Shown here: in pieces, positions 1-9,085 of the stretch
Position numbering within the stretch: position 1 is the first letter of the stretch
Layout: each line of letters opens with the position of its first letter
Source of the DNA: an uncultured Roseivirgaceae bacterium
GTDB taxonomy: Bacteria; Bacteroidota; Bacteroidia; Cytophagales; Cyclobacteriaceae
Length of the DNA: 64,000 nucleotides
Reading direction: 5' to 3'
Assembly (NCBI GenBank): GCA_964653795.1
Contig: CAZZHO010000001.1
Coordinates: 22,426 to 86,425, forward strand
Notes under the pieces: model-generated
What the model was told of the DNA's origin: nothing
What the model saw: only the letters and a program-made list of their open reading frames with translations
The model's database searches: none
Translations under genes and position numbers: made by a program

Positions 1-196
1 CAAGAAATAAAGGGAGTTTTCGGGAAGTAGCGAGTTATCCGTTTTCTGTATTTGTCTCTGCTCCACTTCAATTGTGCTCAGCCTCAGAGGACAGGATAAG
101 TAGTTTGATCATAAATTTCATCTTCTTTTCCAAGCCAGACCTTTAACTATTGCCTAAGTCTTGTGGTTCTAATAGTAGTATCAATCACGATTGCAG

Positions 197-1102
197 ATGG
201 ATAAAATAGTGATTGCCGGAGGGACCGGTTTTATAGGTTTAAGTTTGGCCGAACACCTTTCAAAAAATGGGTTTCAACCTATCCTAATAGCAAGGAATCA
301 TGTTGAATCAGGTTTTCCGTTTGTCTCTTGGGATGGGCATTCTTTGGGTGAGTGGGTAGAGGTTTTGGATGGAGCCAAAGCTGTCGTGAACCTTGCTGGA
401 AGGACGGTTGATTGCGTTAAGACTCCAGATAATTGTGATTTGATTTTAAGGTCTAGAGTGGACTCCACGAAAGTGTTAGGGAAGGCATTTCAGTCTGTTT
501 CTAATCCTCCCAAAGTTTGGATACAGATGTCAACAGCCCACATTTATGGCGACCCTCCGAAACAAAGATGTACCGAGTCCTCAAGTTTTGGGTTCGGACT
601 TGCTCCTTTCGTTGGTCAAGCTTGGGAAAAGGCTTTTCTAGAGTCTATTCCTAATGGTGTGAGAGGTGTTCGACTTAGAACCAGCTTTGTGATTGGGAAA
701 AATGGAGGGGCTTTGGGTAGCTTGAAGAATATTGTGAGGTTAGGCTTAGGGGGTAAGGTTGGTCATGGAAATCAGGGACTTAGTTGGATTCATGAGTATG
801 ACATGAATGAACTGATCTTGCAGTCAATAATTAACGATAGGTTCAATGACTACTATATAGCAAGTTCACCTAACCCTGTATCCAATAAGGTATTTATGCA
901 GGCATTGAGAAAGGCAATGAAGATGCCTATTGGCCTTCCAGCACCCGAATGGATGGTAAGGCTTGGAGCAAGACTCATTTTCAAAACTGATCCAGAACTG
1001 GCTTTGTATGGGAGATATGTGAGATCTGAGCGACTTGATGGTTTAGGGTTCTCATTCAAATTCCCTCAATTGGAGGCTGCATTGAAGGATTTGATTGATT
1101 AG
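197..1102 (+). CDS. YfcH/TIGR01777-like NAD-dependent epimerase (SDR family with DUF1731-type C-terminus)
   Basis: N-terminal Rossmann motif GGTGFIG and ~300 aa length. The ORF track starts at TTG 191; the first ATG at 197 gives MDKIVIAGGTGFIG. Confidence 0.8.
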   Translation: MDKIVIAGGTGFIGLSLAEHLSKNGFQPILIARNHVESGFPFVSWDGHSLGEWVEVLDGAKAVVNLAGRTVDCVKTPDNCDLILRSRVDSTKVLGKAFQSVSNPPKVWIQMSTAHIYGDPPKQRCTESSSFGFGLAPFVGQAWEKAFLESIPNGVRGVRLRTSFVIGKNGGALGSLKNIVRLGLGGKVGHGNQGLSWIHEYDMNELILQSIINDRFNDYYIASSPNPVSNKVFMQALRKAMKMPIGLPAPEWMVRLGARLIFKTDPELALYGRYVRSERLDGLGFSFKFPQLEAALKDLID

Positions 1103-1129
1103 AACTTTCATGATCATTTACCTGCGCCG

Positions 1130-1342
1130 ATGATAGATGATCTTGAAAAGTCTGGGAGGAGGATAATCGTAATGGGGTTTCTATTGGCTGCATTACCTTT
1201 TCTACATCAATTTGGTTATTTAGTTCTATTCGTGGGGATTTCAGTTCATTGCTCGTCTGATGAAACAATATGGTCAAAATTGAAATGGATTATAGTTCCA
1301 ATTCTCTTATTAACAGCGTTGTATCTATTTCAAAACAGATAA
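1130..1342 (+). CDS. Small hypothetical membrane protein (two hydrophobic helices)
   Basis: 70-aa ORF filling the gap between the flanking genes, with hydrophobic segments GFLLAALPFL and IIVPILLLTALYLF. No recognisable family. Confidence 0.3.
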   Translation: MIDDLEKSGRRIIVMGFLLAALPFLHQFGYLVLFVGISVHCSSDETIWSKLKWIIVPILLLTALYLFQNR

Positions 1343-1361
1343 TTAAAACCCAACACGATTA

Positions 1362-3848
1362 TTACTTCACTTCCAATGGTGCACTCTTGAGAATACTACG
1401 TCCGTCAGAAGTAATACCTTCTATGTAGATTGTGTAATCCGATTTTTCATCTGAAGTATAAAACTCGAAAGAACCTTTCCCTTTTTTGATTTCTACCGAG
1501 GGATTCCAATAAAGTGTACTTCGATAATCCGGTTTGATCTTTTCTTCATCTGTCATCTCCTCATATTGAGGTACATAAAATGTTCTGCTTGGATAGTAGC
1601 CAGTCATCTGAAAGCTCAGAAACCCGACAGGATCTGGTGTAGTAGTTGCCAGGCTCATGTCTTCTTTTAGGTAGATAGCTACCACGCCATTGCCACGAGC
1701 TCCATAGAGCGTAGCGGCAGCTCCTCTTAATACATCTACAAATTCCACTCGTTCTGGGTTGATACCAGCCACAAAGGCTGGTGATGCTGGAGCTCCGTCC
1801 ACTAGCACCAGAGCCGCGTTGTTGCCTAGTATCGTACTAAAACCGCGAATGATAATTTGATAGGGACCTGGGTTCAGGCCGCGTACCTCTACTCCTGGGG
1901 CTTTTCCTCTGAGTAGTTCATAGATGTTGGTGTATCCTCTTGTTCCAGGTAGGGAGTCCAATACAATTCGGCTGTCCGGTTTCGTGTAGGTCATGCTCTC
2001 CCGAAAGAATGGGTCAGCTCTTTGGTCTTTTCGGCCTTCTACCTCTATTTCATCCAGTATGATAACGTCCTCATCAAATTGCGCCTCGATGTTCCTGATC
2101 TTCAGGTTACTCTGGGCTATTTCTTCCAGTTTTTCTTCGTTTACGGTCTCTTCAACCTTCTCTTCCTGGGTGAATCCAATCGATTCAAAGTAGTTAGGGA
2201 ATTGACGATCTACCTTTGGAATGGTAGGTTTATCTACTTTGATGAAAGTACCTCCCTTAGCATTGACGAGATCGCCTTTGCTACCTTCTTTGAGTCTATT
2301 TGTTCTCAAAATGGCGGTAAGCGTGTCCTCTATTTGCAACCCATCAAACCAAAAGGTTCCATCTTTTTCGGAGTTGGCCTCTTGTGCTGCCTCTATGTTC
2401 TCCAAGAAGGATAAAGTGACTTTAGACTGTACCCCTTTACCTCGGTTTAGGTATTTGACCACTTTTCCCTCTATTGAGAAACCTGTTTCCGGGTAGTAAT
2501 TGATGGGGGGTAGTTGCTTCTCCACGACTTTGTTCCAGTTGAACCTTCTCCATCCCTGGGTCATCATCAGTAGGTCCATGTGTTTTTTACGATCGGCATT
2601 GGCGGTATTGAAATACACCTCCGGATGTTCTATATCTCCCACCAAGTCTGAAGTGAGGTTTAAGAACTGCTCTATATTGAGTTTGTTGGAGCCATACTGC
2701 GAATTAGATAGAATGGAAATAGAAACGTTTCCATCCATATTGTATTGACCTATGCCAGCTACCCTGAGATCAAATTTTACTTTTTCTCTGGTGCCCGAAG
2801 TGGCGTTTTTGCTTTGCACTTCCGTGAATACATCTGAGAATGGGCCATAATTAAAGAAGAGACGCTCGGCTTGTGGGAAGCCACGACCATCGAAGAAAGT
2901 GAAGTGGCAAATCCCTGTTGGGAGTTGGTCCAGCGGAAGAGAAGCGTAGATGTAAGGCTTTCCGGCTGTCACCGGGAGTGTCAAAAATACTTCACCTCGA
3001 CTATGAGCTATGACGAAGGAATTTTCCATCGAAAGCAGGTTCGAAGGTTTAACCGTCAGAAATAGTTTAGTAGGTGTTTCTCTCAGGTTTAGGATATAAC
3101 CTTTGTTGGCGGCTTCTGGTAATTCAGAGCGCTTTTTTTGACCTTCAATCTCAGCAAAGTATTTGACCCCTTTCTTCGGAGTAAGTTGAAACCTACCCAT
3201 GCCGAATATGTCTGTTTTGAAGCTGGTGGCTTCGTTTCCTTCGTCATCTACAATAGTACCCGTAATAGGGGTACTGATGCCATAATCGTCAGTGGCTTTA
3301 AAAGCTACGATATTAAGTTTATTAGCAATCAGGTTGCCACCTTCCGGGAAGAACTGAAGATTTATTTTCGGTTCATCGCTTTGGTATACGATAGACTGTC
3401 CCGAAAAACCCACAAGCCTAACAGGTCTGTTGAAAAGAAATTCTTCATCAAAGTTTTTCATGTACCGAGTGTAGGCTCGTATGACATAGTCACCCATTTG
3501 GAGAGAGTCTGCCCAATGGAAATCTCCGAAGGCTATTCCCTCATTGACTTTGAGCGCCAAGGTAGAGATGATAGTATCCCCAGGATTGATCAGATCCACG
3601 TACAACAGTTTTGATATTTGGGAAGGAGTATGACTGTAAGCGTCTAGCACGTAAGCTGTAAACCAAACAGTCTCGCCGGGAGTGAAAATCTCTTTATTGG
3701 TACGTATATACACTTTCTCCTGGGGTGTCTGCCCAATGTGGTTTTGCAGTCGGGAGAGCGTGGAGTCAATTACCGGGATCTGGGCTGAAATTGTAGTGAG
3801 AGCCAATACCAATAGGCTAAAAGCAGTGATTGAGCGTTTAAAATCCAT
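1362..3848 (-). CDS. Large secreted protein with a C-terminal TonB-dependent-receptor Plug domain but no beta-barrel
   Basis: Signal peptide MDFKRSITAFSLLVLALTTISAQ. Plug-like block ...LLRGKAPGVEVRG...IIIRGFSTILGNNAALVLVDGAP...VLRGAAATLYGARGNGVVAIYLK lies near residues 640-730, and only ~100 aa follow it. Confidence 0.75.
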   Translation of the reverse strand: MDFKRSITAFSLLVLALTTISAQIPVIDSTLSRLQNHIGQTPQEKVYIRTNKEIFTPGETVWFTAYVLDAYSHTPSQISKLLYVDLINPGDTIISTLALKVNEGIAFGDFHWADSLQMGDYVIRAYTRYMKNFDEEFLFNRPVRLVGFSGQSIVYQSDEPKINLQFFPEGGNLIANKLNIVAFKATDDYGISTPITGTIVDDEGNEATSFKTDIFGMGRFQLTPKKGVKYFAEIEGQKKRSELPEAANKGYILNLRETPTKLFLTVKPSNLLSMENSFVIAHSRGEVFLTLPVTAGKPYIYASLPLDQLPTGICHFTFFDGRGFPQAERLFFNYGPFSDVFTEVQSKNATSGTREKVKFDLRVAGIGQYNMDGNVSISILSNSQYGSNKLNIEQFLNLTSDLVGDIEHPEVYFNTANADRKKHMDLLMMTQGWRRFNWNKVVEKQLPPINYYPETGFSIEGKVVKYLNRGKGVQSKVTLSFLENIEAAQEANSEKDGTFWFDGLQIEDTLTAILRTNRLKEGSKGDLVNAKGGTFIKVDKPTIPKVDRQFPNYFESIGFTQEEKVEETVNEEKLEEIAQSNLKIRNIEAQFDEDVIILDEIEVEGRKDQRADPFFRESMTYTKPDSRIVLDSLPGTRGYTNIYELLRGKAPGVEVRGLNPGPYQIIIRGFSTILGNNAALVLVDGAPASPAFVAGINPERVEFVDVLRGAAATLYGARGNGVVAIYLKEDMSLATTTPDPVGFLSFQMTGYYPSRTFYVPQYEEMTDEEKIKPDYRSTLYWNPSVEIKKGKGSFEFYTSDEKSDYTIYIEGITSDGRSILKSAPLEVK

Positions 3849-3936
3849 CTAGTAATCGAGTATCTTTCGAAAATAGTAGATATCCGGCGTATTCACATAG
3901 GACGTTTCCTCCGTCCATTATATCAGCATAATAAAA

Positions 3937-5619
3937 ATGAGTAAGGTGAAATTTATATTCCTTTCTGGCTTGATAGCCCTTATCGCTTGTAGGGAAGATA
4001 ACACGGTTGAGCCATCATCAACTGGAGAATGGCTATATCAGAACGGGCAGATATATACTGTCAATCCGGATCAGGAATGGGCTGAAGCGATGTTGGTCAG
4101 AGATGGGGTGATCGTGTCAGTCGGTACCAATACTGAAGTAGGGAATGAAGCTTCTGAAAATGCTCAATTCGTTGACTTGGGGAATCGAATGGTGATGCCA
4201 GGCATTCATGATGTGCATTTGCATCCGTTAGAAGCAGCGTCAGATAATTTTCAGTTTACACTGAATGAAGAAGAGGAAGACCCTGAAAACTATGCTGCTG
4301 AAATTCAGGATGCAGTTAATCAGAACACGGATTCGGAGTGGATTTTGGGATGGGGCTTTGATATTTACACCGTTCTCTCCGCGACCCGTCAACCGATTGC
4401 GATTCTCGATGAGATTTCCACTACTAAACCGATTGCTGTAATGGAGTTGACTTCCCACTCCGTTTGGGTCAATTCTCGCGCGTTAGAACTGGCTGGGATT
4501 GATGGAAGCTCTCCTAACCCGGCGGGGGGAATCATCATGAAGGATAATAATGGAGTTCCAAATGGTCTTTTGATTGATAATGCTGGTAATCTCGTCATTG
4601 ACTTGGCCATAGCCTCTATTCCCAATAGTGAAGAAAATGATTATGATGGTCTGATCAATTTTGCCTTGCCTGAATTAGCTAGAAATGGTATCACGTCCAT
4701 CTGTGACGCACGTACTTACTGGAAAAGAAACCATCATCTTACATGGCAAAGAGCCGAGGAGGAGGGGAATTTGACAGTCAGGGCAAACCTGGGTTTATGG
4801 ATTTATCCAACCGATGATGATGATAGCCAGATTGGCACTATTCAATCTTTATATTCCCACAATGAAGAGAGCTTCCTAAAAGTGAATCAAATCAAGCTGT
4901 ATGTGGATGGCATTGTGATCAACACCACCTCTGCCATGGAGGATGATTTTTTAATTGATCTGTTTGATTTAGAGACCAATAATGGATTGAACTATGTGAC
5001 TGAAAGTCGTATTGCTAGATATATAACGGCTTTGGAACCTATTGGCTTTGATTTCCATATTCACGCCATTGGTAACCGAGGTGTTCATGAGGCCCTTAAT
5101 GCCATAGAAGAAAGCACCGACGGAAGTGGTAGGCATCGCTTGACACATGTGGAGTATATTTTACCATCAGATTACAATCGGTTCAGTCAATTGAATGTGA
5201 CAGCTGATGCGCAGGTGGCTGGAGATTTTGCTCAACCTATTAACTGGGGTGAAACCAACGAACTCGTTGGAGCGGGACTCAATAATGCGAATATTCCGAT
5301 CAAAAGCCTGCAAGAAGCAAATGCCCGGATTACACTCAGTAGCGACTGGGATGTTAGTGCACTCAATCCATTTATAGGCCTTCAAAATGCGGTAACAAGG
5401 GCTCCGCAGGAACTGACCCTCGAGGAGGCGATCAAAGCTTACACCTTAAATGCTGCCTATGTTATGAGGCAGGAGGATAAAGTGGGGTCTTTGGAGGTCG
5501 GCAAAGAAGCTGATTTTGTTGTGCTTAGCCAGAATCTTTTTGAGATTCCGTCAAATGTCATTGACCAAACTCAAGTAATCTCGACCTACCTAAGAGGGGA
5601 ATTGATTTATCAGCAATAG
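3937..5619 (+). CDS. Amidohydrolase-family metal-dependent hydrolase (YtcJ-like), lipoprotein
   Basis: Lipobox LIACRED, metal-binding motif PGIHDVHLH near the N-terminus, HIHAIGNRG in the middle, and an acidic C-terminal amidohydrolase signature. 560 aa. Confidence 0.85.
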   Translation: MSKVKFIFLSGLIALIACREDNTVEPSSTGEWLYQNGQIYTVNPDQEWAEAMLVRDGVIVSVGTNTEVGNEASENAQFVDLGNRMVMPGIHDVHLHPLEAASDNFQFTLNEEEEDPENYAAEIQDAVNQNTDSEWILGWGFDIYTVLSATRQPIAILDEISTTKPIAVMELTSHSVWVNSRALELAGIDGSSPNPAGGIIMKDNNGVPNGLLIDNAGNLVIDLAIASIPNSEENDYDGLINFALPELARNGITSICDARTYWKRNHHLTWQRAEEEGNLTVRANLGLWIYPTDDDDSQIGTIQSLYSHNEESFLKVNQIKLYVDGIVINTTSAMEDDFLIDLFDLETNNGLNYVTESRIARYITALEPIGFDFHIHAIGNRGVHEALNAIEESTDGSGRHRLTHVEYILPSDYNRFSQLNVTADAQVAGDFAQPINWGETNELVGAGLNNANIPIKSLQEANARITLSSDWDVSALNPFIGLQNAVTRAPQELTLEEAIKAYTLNAAYVMRQEDKVGSLEVGKEADFVVLSQNLFEIPSNVIDQTQVISTYLRGELIYQQ

Positions 5620-5714
5620 ACTGAAAGTTCTCATGACTTCAAGTCCGCAAGAATTGGGTGTTTTTGGAATAGGTGGCATTCTAGTTTTACATCAGGATTG
5701 ATATTCACAATAAG

Positions 5715-6554
5715 ATGGAAACCGAAAACGACATCAATTTTCAGAGAATAGAAGCGGCAATCGGATATATCCGTGATCATTTTAAGCTACAACCCAGTCT
5801 TGATGAAGTGGCGGAACATGTACATCTGAGCCCTTATCACTTTCAGCGAATGTTTACAGATTGGGCAGGTGTTAGTCCCAAAAAGTTCCTACAGTATATC
5901 AGTACTAACTATGCCAAAAAGCTACTGAAGGAACATCGGGCGACCTTATCTCAGGCTTCTTTCGAGACAGGGCTTTCGAGTACTGGCCGTCTTCATGATC
6001 TCTTCATCAATATAGAGGGAATGACCCCTGCTGAATATAAAAATGGAGGTAGAAACCTGGAAATTCGTTACAGCACGTTCACAACTTTATTTGGTAAGGT
6101 CATTTTGGCCTCCACAGAGAAAGGCATATGTCACCTTTCCTTTTATGAGCAGGAAAGTGAGGCGCTTACAGCCTTGAAGACGGCTTACCCCAACGCTCAA
6201 ATTATGGAGAGTTTGGAACCAATGCATGAAGTGGCGCTATCCGCTATTTCTCAGGATATCATTCATCCTCATGAGATTAAGCTGCATTTAAAGGGGTCGG
6301 AGTTTCAGCTAAAAGTTTGGGAGGCCCTCATCCACATACCTTCAGGTCAGCTAAGTACTTATGGTAGTGTGGCCAAATTCATTCAGAAGCCCAATGCATT
6401 TCGAGCAGTAGGTACAGCTGTGGGAGATAATCCAGTCGCCTATATCATTCCTTGCCATCGCGTCATTAAATCCTCAGGTGATTTTGGAGAATATCACTGG
6501 GGTAGTAACCGAAAAACGGCCATCATTGGTTGGGAAGCGGCAAAAGCAAATTGA
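5715..6554 (+). CDS. ada: Ada-like fusion: AraC-type HTH plus O6-alkylguanine-DNA methyltransferase, lacking the N-terminal Zn domain
   Basis: AraC HTH (LDEVAEHVHLSPYHFQRMF...GVSPKKFL) followed by an MGMT domain with active site IPCHRVIKSSG. Confidence 0.85.
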   Translation: METENDINFQRIEAAIGYIRDHFKLQPSLDEVAEHVHLSPYHFQRMFTDWAGVSPKKFLQYISTNYAKKLLKEHRATLSQASFETGLSSTGRLHDLFINIEGMTPAEYKNGGRNLEIRYSTFTTLFGKVILASTEKGICHLSFYEQESEALTALKTAYPNAQIMESLEPMHEVALSAISQDIIHPHEIKLHLKGSEFQLKVWEALIHIPSGQLSTYGSVAKFIQKPNAFRAVGTAVGDNPVAYIIPCHRVIKSSGDFGEYHWGSNRKTAIIGWEAAKAN

Positions 6555-6565
6555 TAGCCAAAGTG

Positions 6566-7264
6566 ATGAATATTGATCAGCTAGACTGGAGTCGGATTCA
6601 GGAAGGTTTGAATGCGAAAGGCTTTGCAACAATTGGGGAGCTGGTAGATATCAAGCAATGCGATGAACTGATAGCTTTATGGGGGAAGGCAGAGCTTTAT
6701 AGAAAGAAGGTGGTGATGGAACGTCACCGATTTGGTATGGGCGAATATCAGTATTTCAATTATCCACTGCCAAGGATTATTCAGCAATTGCGTGAAGAAA
6801 TTTATCCTTATCTGGTAGCCATTGCCAATCGATGGATGCAGGTCTTAAGAACAGATGTCCAATATCCTGATAGCCACGAATCATTCCTTCAACAATGCCA
6901 TGACAAAGGGCAAAAGCAGGCTACTCCTTTGATTTTGAAGTATGAAAAGGGAGGCTACAACACCTTGCACCAGGATCTTTACGGAGAAGTCTCTTTTCCA
7001 TTGCAACTGGTGCTATTCCTTTCTGAATATGAACAGGATTATGAGGGTGGAGAATTCGTCATCACCGAGCAGGTGCCAAGAGCCCAGTCAAAGGTCAATG
7101 TGATCAAACCTAAGAAGGGTGATGTCCTATTATTTGCCACTTCCTACTGTCCAGTGCAAGGGGTGAAAGGGTACTACAGGGCCAACTTAAGACATGGTGT
7201 GAGTGAGGTTTCCTCCGGGGATCGCCTTACCCTAGGTATTATCTTTCACGATGCCACAAACTAG
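6566..7264 (+). CDS. 2OG-Fe(II) oxygenase, not canonical AlkB
   Basis: HxD...H facial triad (LHQDL ... LRHGVSEV) and a distal Arg (GDRLTLGIIF). The ORF track start is TTG 6530, inside the upstream gene; ATG 6566 lies 12 nt after the ada-like stop. Confidence 0.75.
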   Translation: MNIDQLDWSRIQEGLNAKGFATIGELVDIKQCDELIALWGKAELYRKKVVMERHRFGMGEYQYFNYPLPRIIQQLREEIYPYLVAIANRWMQVLRTDVQYPDSHESFLQQCHDKGQKQATPLILKYEKGGYNTLHQDLYGEVSFPLQLVLFLSEYEQDYEGGEFVITEQVPRAQSKVNVIKPKKGDVLLFATSYCPVQGVKGYYRANLRHGVSEVSSGDRLTLGIIFHDATN

Positions 7265-7265
7265 C

Positions 7266-7505
7266 ATGATAGACCATTCTTCTATTAAGAGTAGATCTCT
7301 TCTTAGTTTACTGAGATCAGGAGCAGTTCAATTTGCGGGGAATAAGAAACTGAGAATCTATGGAAGATTGGACTGTAGTTCTGGCAAGAGAATGAAGAAA
7401 GCCAATCGCGTGTTTTTCCAAGATCAGGAGGAGGCCATTGCAGCCGGTTTTAGGCCTTGTGGTCATTGCATGCGCAGAGAATACAATTCCTGGAAGAAAA
7501 CCTAA
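7266..7505 (+). CDS. Stand-alone Ada N-terminal Zn-binding-domain-like protein
   Basis: IYGRLDCSSGKRMKKANRVFFQDQEEAIAAGFRPCGHCMR aligns to the E. coli Ada segment IFCRPSCRARHALRENVSFYANASEALAAGFRPCKRC. An alternative ATG at 7251 overlaps the upstream gene. Confidence 0.7.
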   Translation: MIDHSSIKSRSLLSLLRSGAVQFAGNKKLRIYGRLDCSSGKRMKKANRVFFQDQEEAIAAGFRPCGHCMRREYNSWKKT

Positions 7506-7511
7506 GGCCAG

Positions 7512-8012
7512 TTACTGCTCTAGCTCGATCTCGAAAGATCTGGCTAGTAACTCGGCAGTTTTTACCGCTTCTTCCTCTTTTTGATATGAAAAAGAGAAAT
7601 GAGGTATCCCGGCATCTAATGCGTAAGCGAAGACAGTATGGTCGGTAATGTCCCCTGAAAGCGTTGGGCTCACCCCATTGGGTGGATTGGTGACGTGAGA
7701 AGTTTTGGTGACCAGTTTGATCGCTGATATGGCAGGTAAATCATCCCACCTTCCAAATTTCACACCCATGAAGGAGGTATAATACTTGACCTGCTTTTGT
7801 GACAGGTCTATTTGCGTTCCTTCATAAGCTGTTGCCATCATCAACCCAAATGCAATGGCACCTCCGCCTACGACTAATATCCTGGTCATAGAGACGCTTA
7901 CTTCAAAAATTTGAGGAGAGAGCAATCCGAAAATGCCGGCCAATATGACTAAGAAGCCGATTAATCTATGCCCTTGAAAAACGCCGGTGTTCTTGTAGTT
8001 GAATAATGTCAT
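7512..8012 (-). CDS. Hypothetical membrane protein (two N-terminal TM helices plus a soluble domain)
   Basis: 166-aa ORF with a 4-nt ATGA overlap onto the upstream DUF418-like gene. No family recognised. Confidence 0.55.
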   Translation of the reverse strand: MTLFNYKNTGVFQGHRLIGFLVILAGIFGLLSPQIFEVSVSMTRILVVGGGAIAFGLMMATAYEGTQIDLSQKQVKYYTSFMGVKFGRWDDLPAISAIKLVTKTSHVTNPPNGVSPTLSGDITDHTVFAYALDAGIPHFSFSYQKEEEAVKTAELLARSFEIELEQ

Positions 8013-9085
8013 ATGCTGCTAAGCTTTTTCATCGTCCATTCCAGGGGACCTACTTCAAAACGCAATAACCAAACATGTGCGAATAGCGCACAAGCCAAGC
8101 TAAAAAATAAACTGTAAATCACAGTGAAACTAAGCGTATATTCTCCCAGAGGAATTGTGCTTACCATTTCTAGCAAGCCCATCCCGATGATGACATGGGC
8201 AACGTAGAATGTAAGTGCTAATTGGCCGGTCTTCTTCAGTAAGTTGATCACTATTGATTGACCGAAGTGGTGACCTAGCAGAATACATCCTGCAATCACT
8301 GCGAAGGCTGTAGCTGTTCCAACTAGCAGGTATAGTGGCAGAGGAGGCATAGGGCTGGTTTCAAAAAAGAGGGTCAGTTCAGCATATTCGGGACCGAGTG
8401 CGGTAATATAGATGGTGCAGACCTTGGCAAAAAAATGGACAAGTAAAACAAGGATTGAAGAGATGAATAGCGTCTTTTTTAAGAATCTCTGGCTCCTTAG
8501 GTCCTGACGTCCAAACCATAGGCCGAAAAGCATAAAAGCCACCCAGGGTATTACAGGATGAAACCCATTGATAAAAAGATTATGGAGGAATCCTTTGAGA
8601 GTCCAAAACCCGGAATAAGTCATGGCCTTGAAATCCCAGCCCGATTCATAATCTATGAATAGCATTAGGAAAGGGAAAAGCAAAATGATAGCTATGGCTC
8701 CAAAAAGGATAACCTGCTTCGACTGACGCAGAAACAGAATGGCTACGATCATATATACTCCATAGAAGTGCAAAATATCCGCTGGCCAGATTGGTATATA
8801 GGATAGACCAATCACAAAAAGGAAAAAAGCTCTTTTGAGAATCCCGTATCTGATATTAGATAACCTGGCGCTATCCTGATCTTGAATGGCCCGATTCGTA
8901 GATAGTGCTATGCCCACTCCGACCAATACGACAAAGGTGGCAGCTGCCTTGCCTTCCAGTAATCCTACTGCTTGTTGGAGCCAAGCTTGCCCATTGTCTC
9001 CCAAAACGATCTGGAAATTGACCAATATCATCCCAAAGACCGCCAAGGCCCTGGCTACGTCAATGCCGACTATTCTATTGGTCAT
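8009..9085 (-). CDS. DUF418/DUF1624-type (YeiB-like) polytopic membrane protein
   Basis: N-terminal RIVGIDVARALAVFGMILVNF signature followed by ~10 hydrophobic helices. The likely start is MTNRIVG at 9085 rather than the track start at 9115. Confidence 0.7.
   Translation of the reverse strand: MTNRIVGIDVARALAVFGMILVNFQIVLGDNGQAWLQQAVGLLEGKAAATFVVLVGVGIALSTNRAIQDQDSARLSNIRYGILKRAFFLFVIGLSYIPIWPADILHFYGVYMIVAILFLRQSKQVILFGAIAIILLFPFLMLFIDYESGWDFKAMTYSGFWTLKGFLHNLFINGFHPVIPWVAFMLFGLWFGRQDLRSQRFLKKTLFISSILVLLVHFFAKVCTIYITALGPEYAELTLFFETSPMPPLPLYLLVGTATAFAVIAGCILLGHHFGQSIVINLLKKTGQLALTFYVAHVIIGMGLLEMVSTIPLGEYTLSFTVIYSLFFSLACALFAHVWLLRFEVGPLEWTMKKLSSI

Noticed and set aside
94-103. 10-mer GGATAAGTAG shared between 94-103 and the cysH-proximal dyad arm at 21974-21983.
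   Set aside because: This is a single 10-nt match in 128 kb of two-strand sequence, close to chance expectation. The partner half-site is absent at 94-103.
1056-1277. 73-aa minus-strand ORF overlapping the end of the epimerase gene and the small plus-strand membrane ORF.
   Set aside because: It overlaps a confident CDS, has a polar low-complexity composition, and has no start context or motif support.
3138-3614. 158-aa plus-strand ORF, and several other 60-130-aa ORFs between 1993 and 3065, antisense to the Plug-domain gene.
   Set aside because: They lie fully inside a long, well-supported minus-strand CDS, and their composition is typical of antisense frames.
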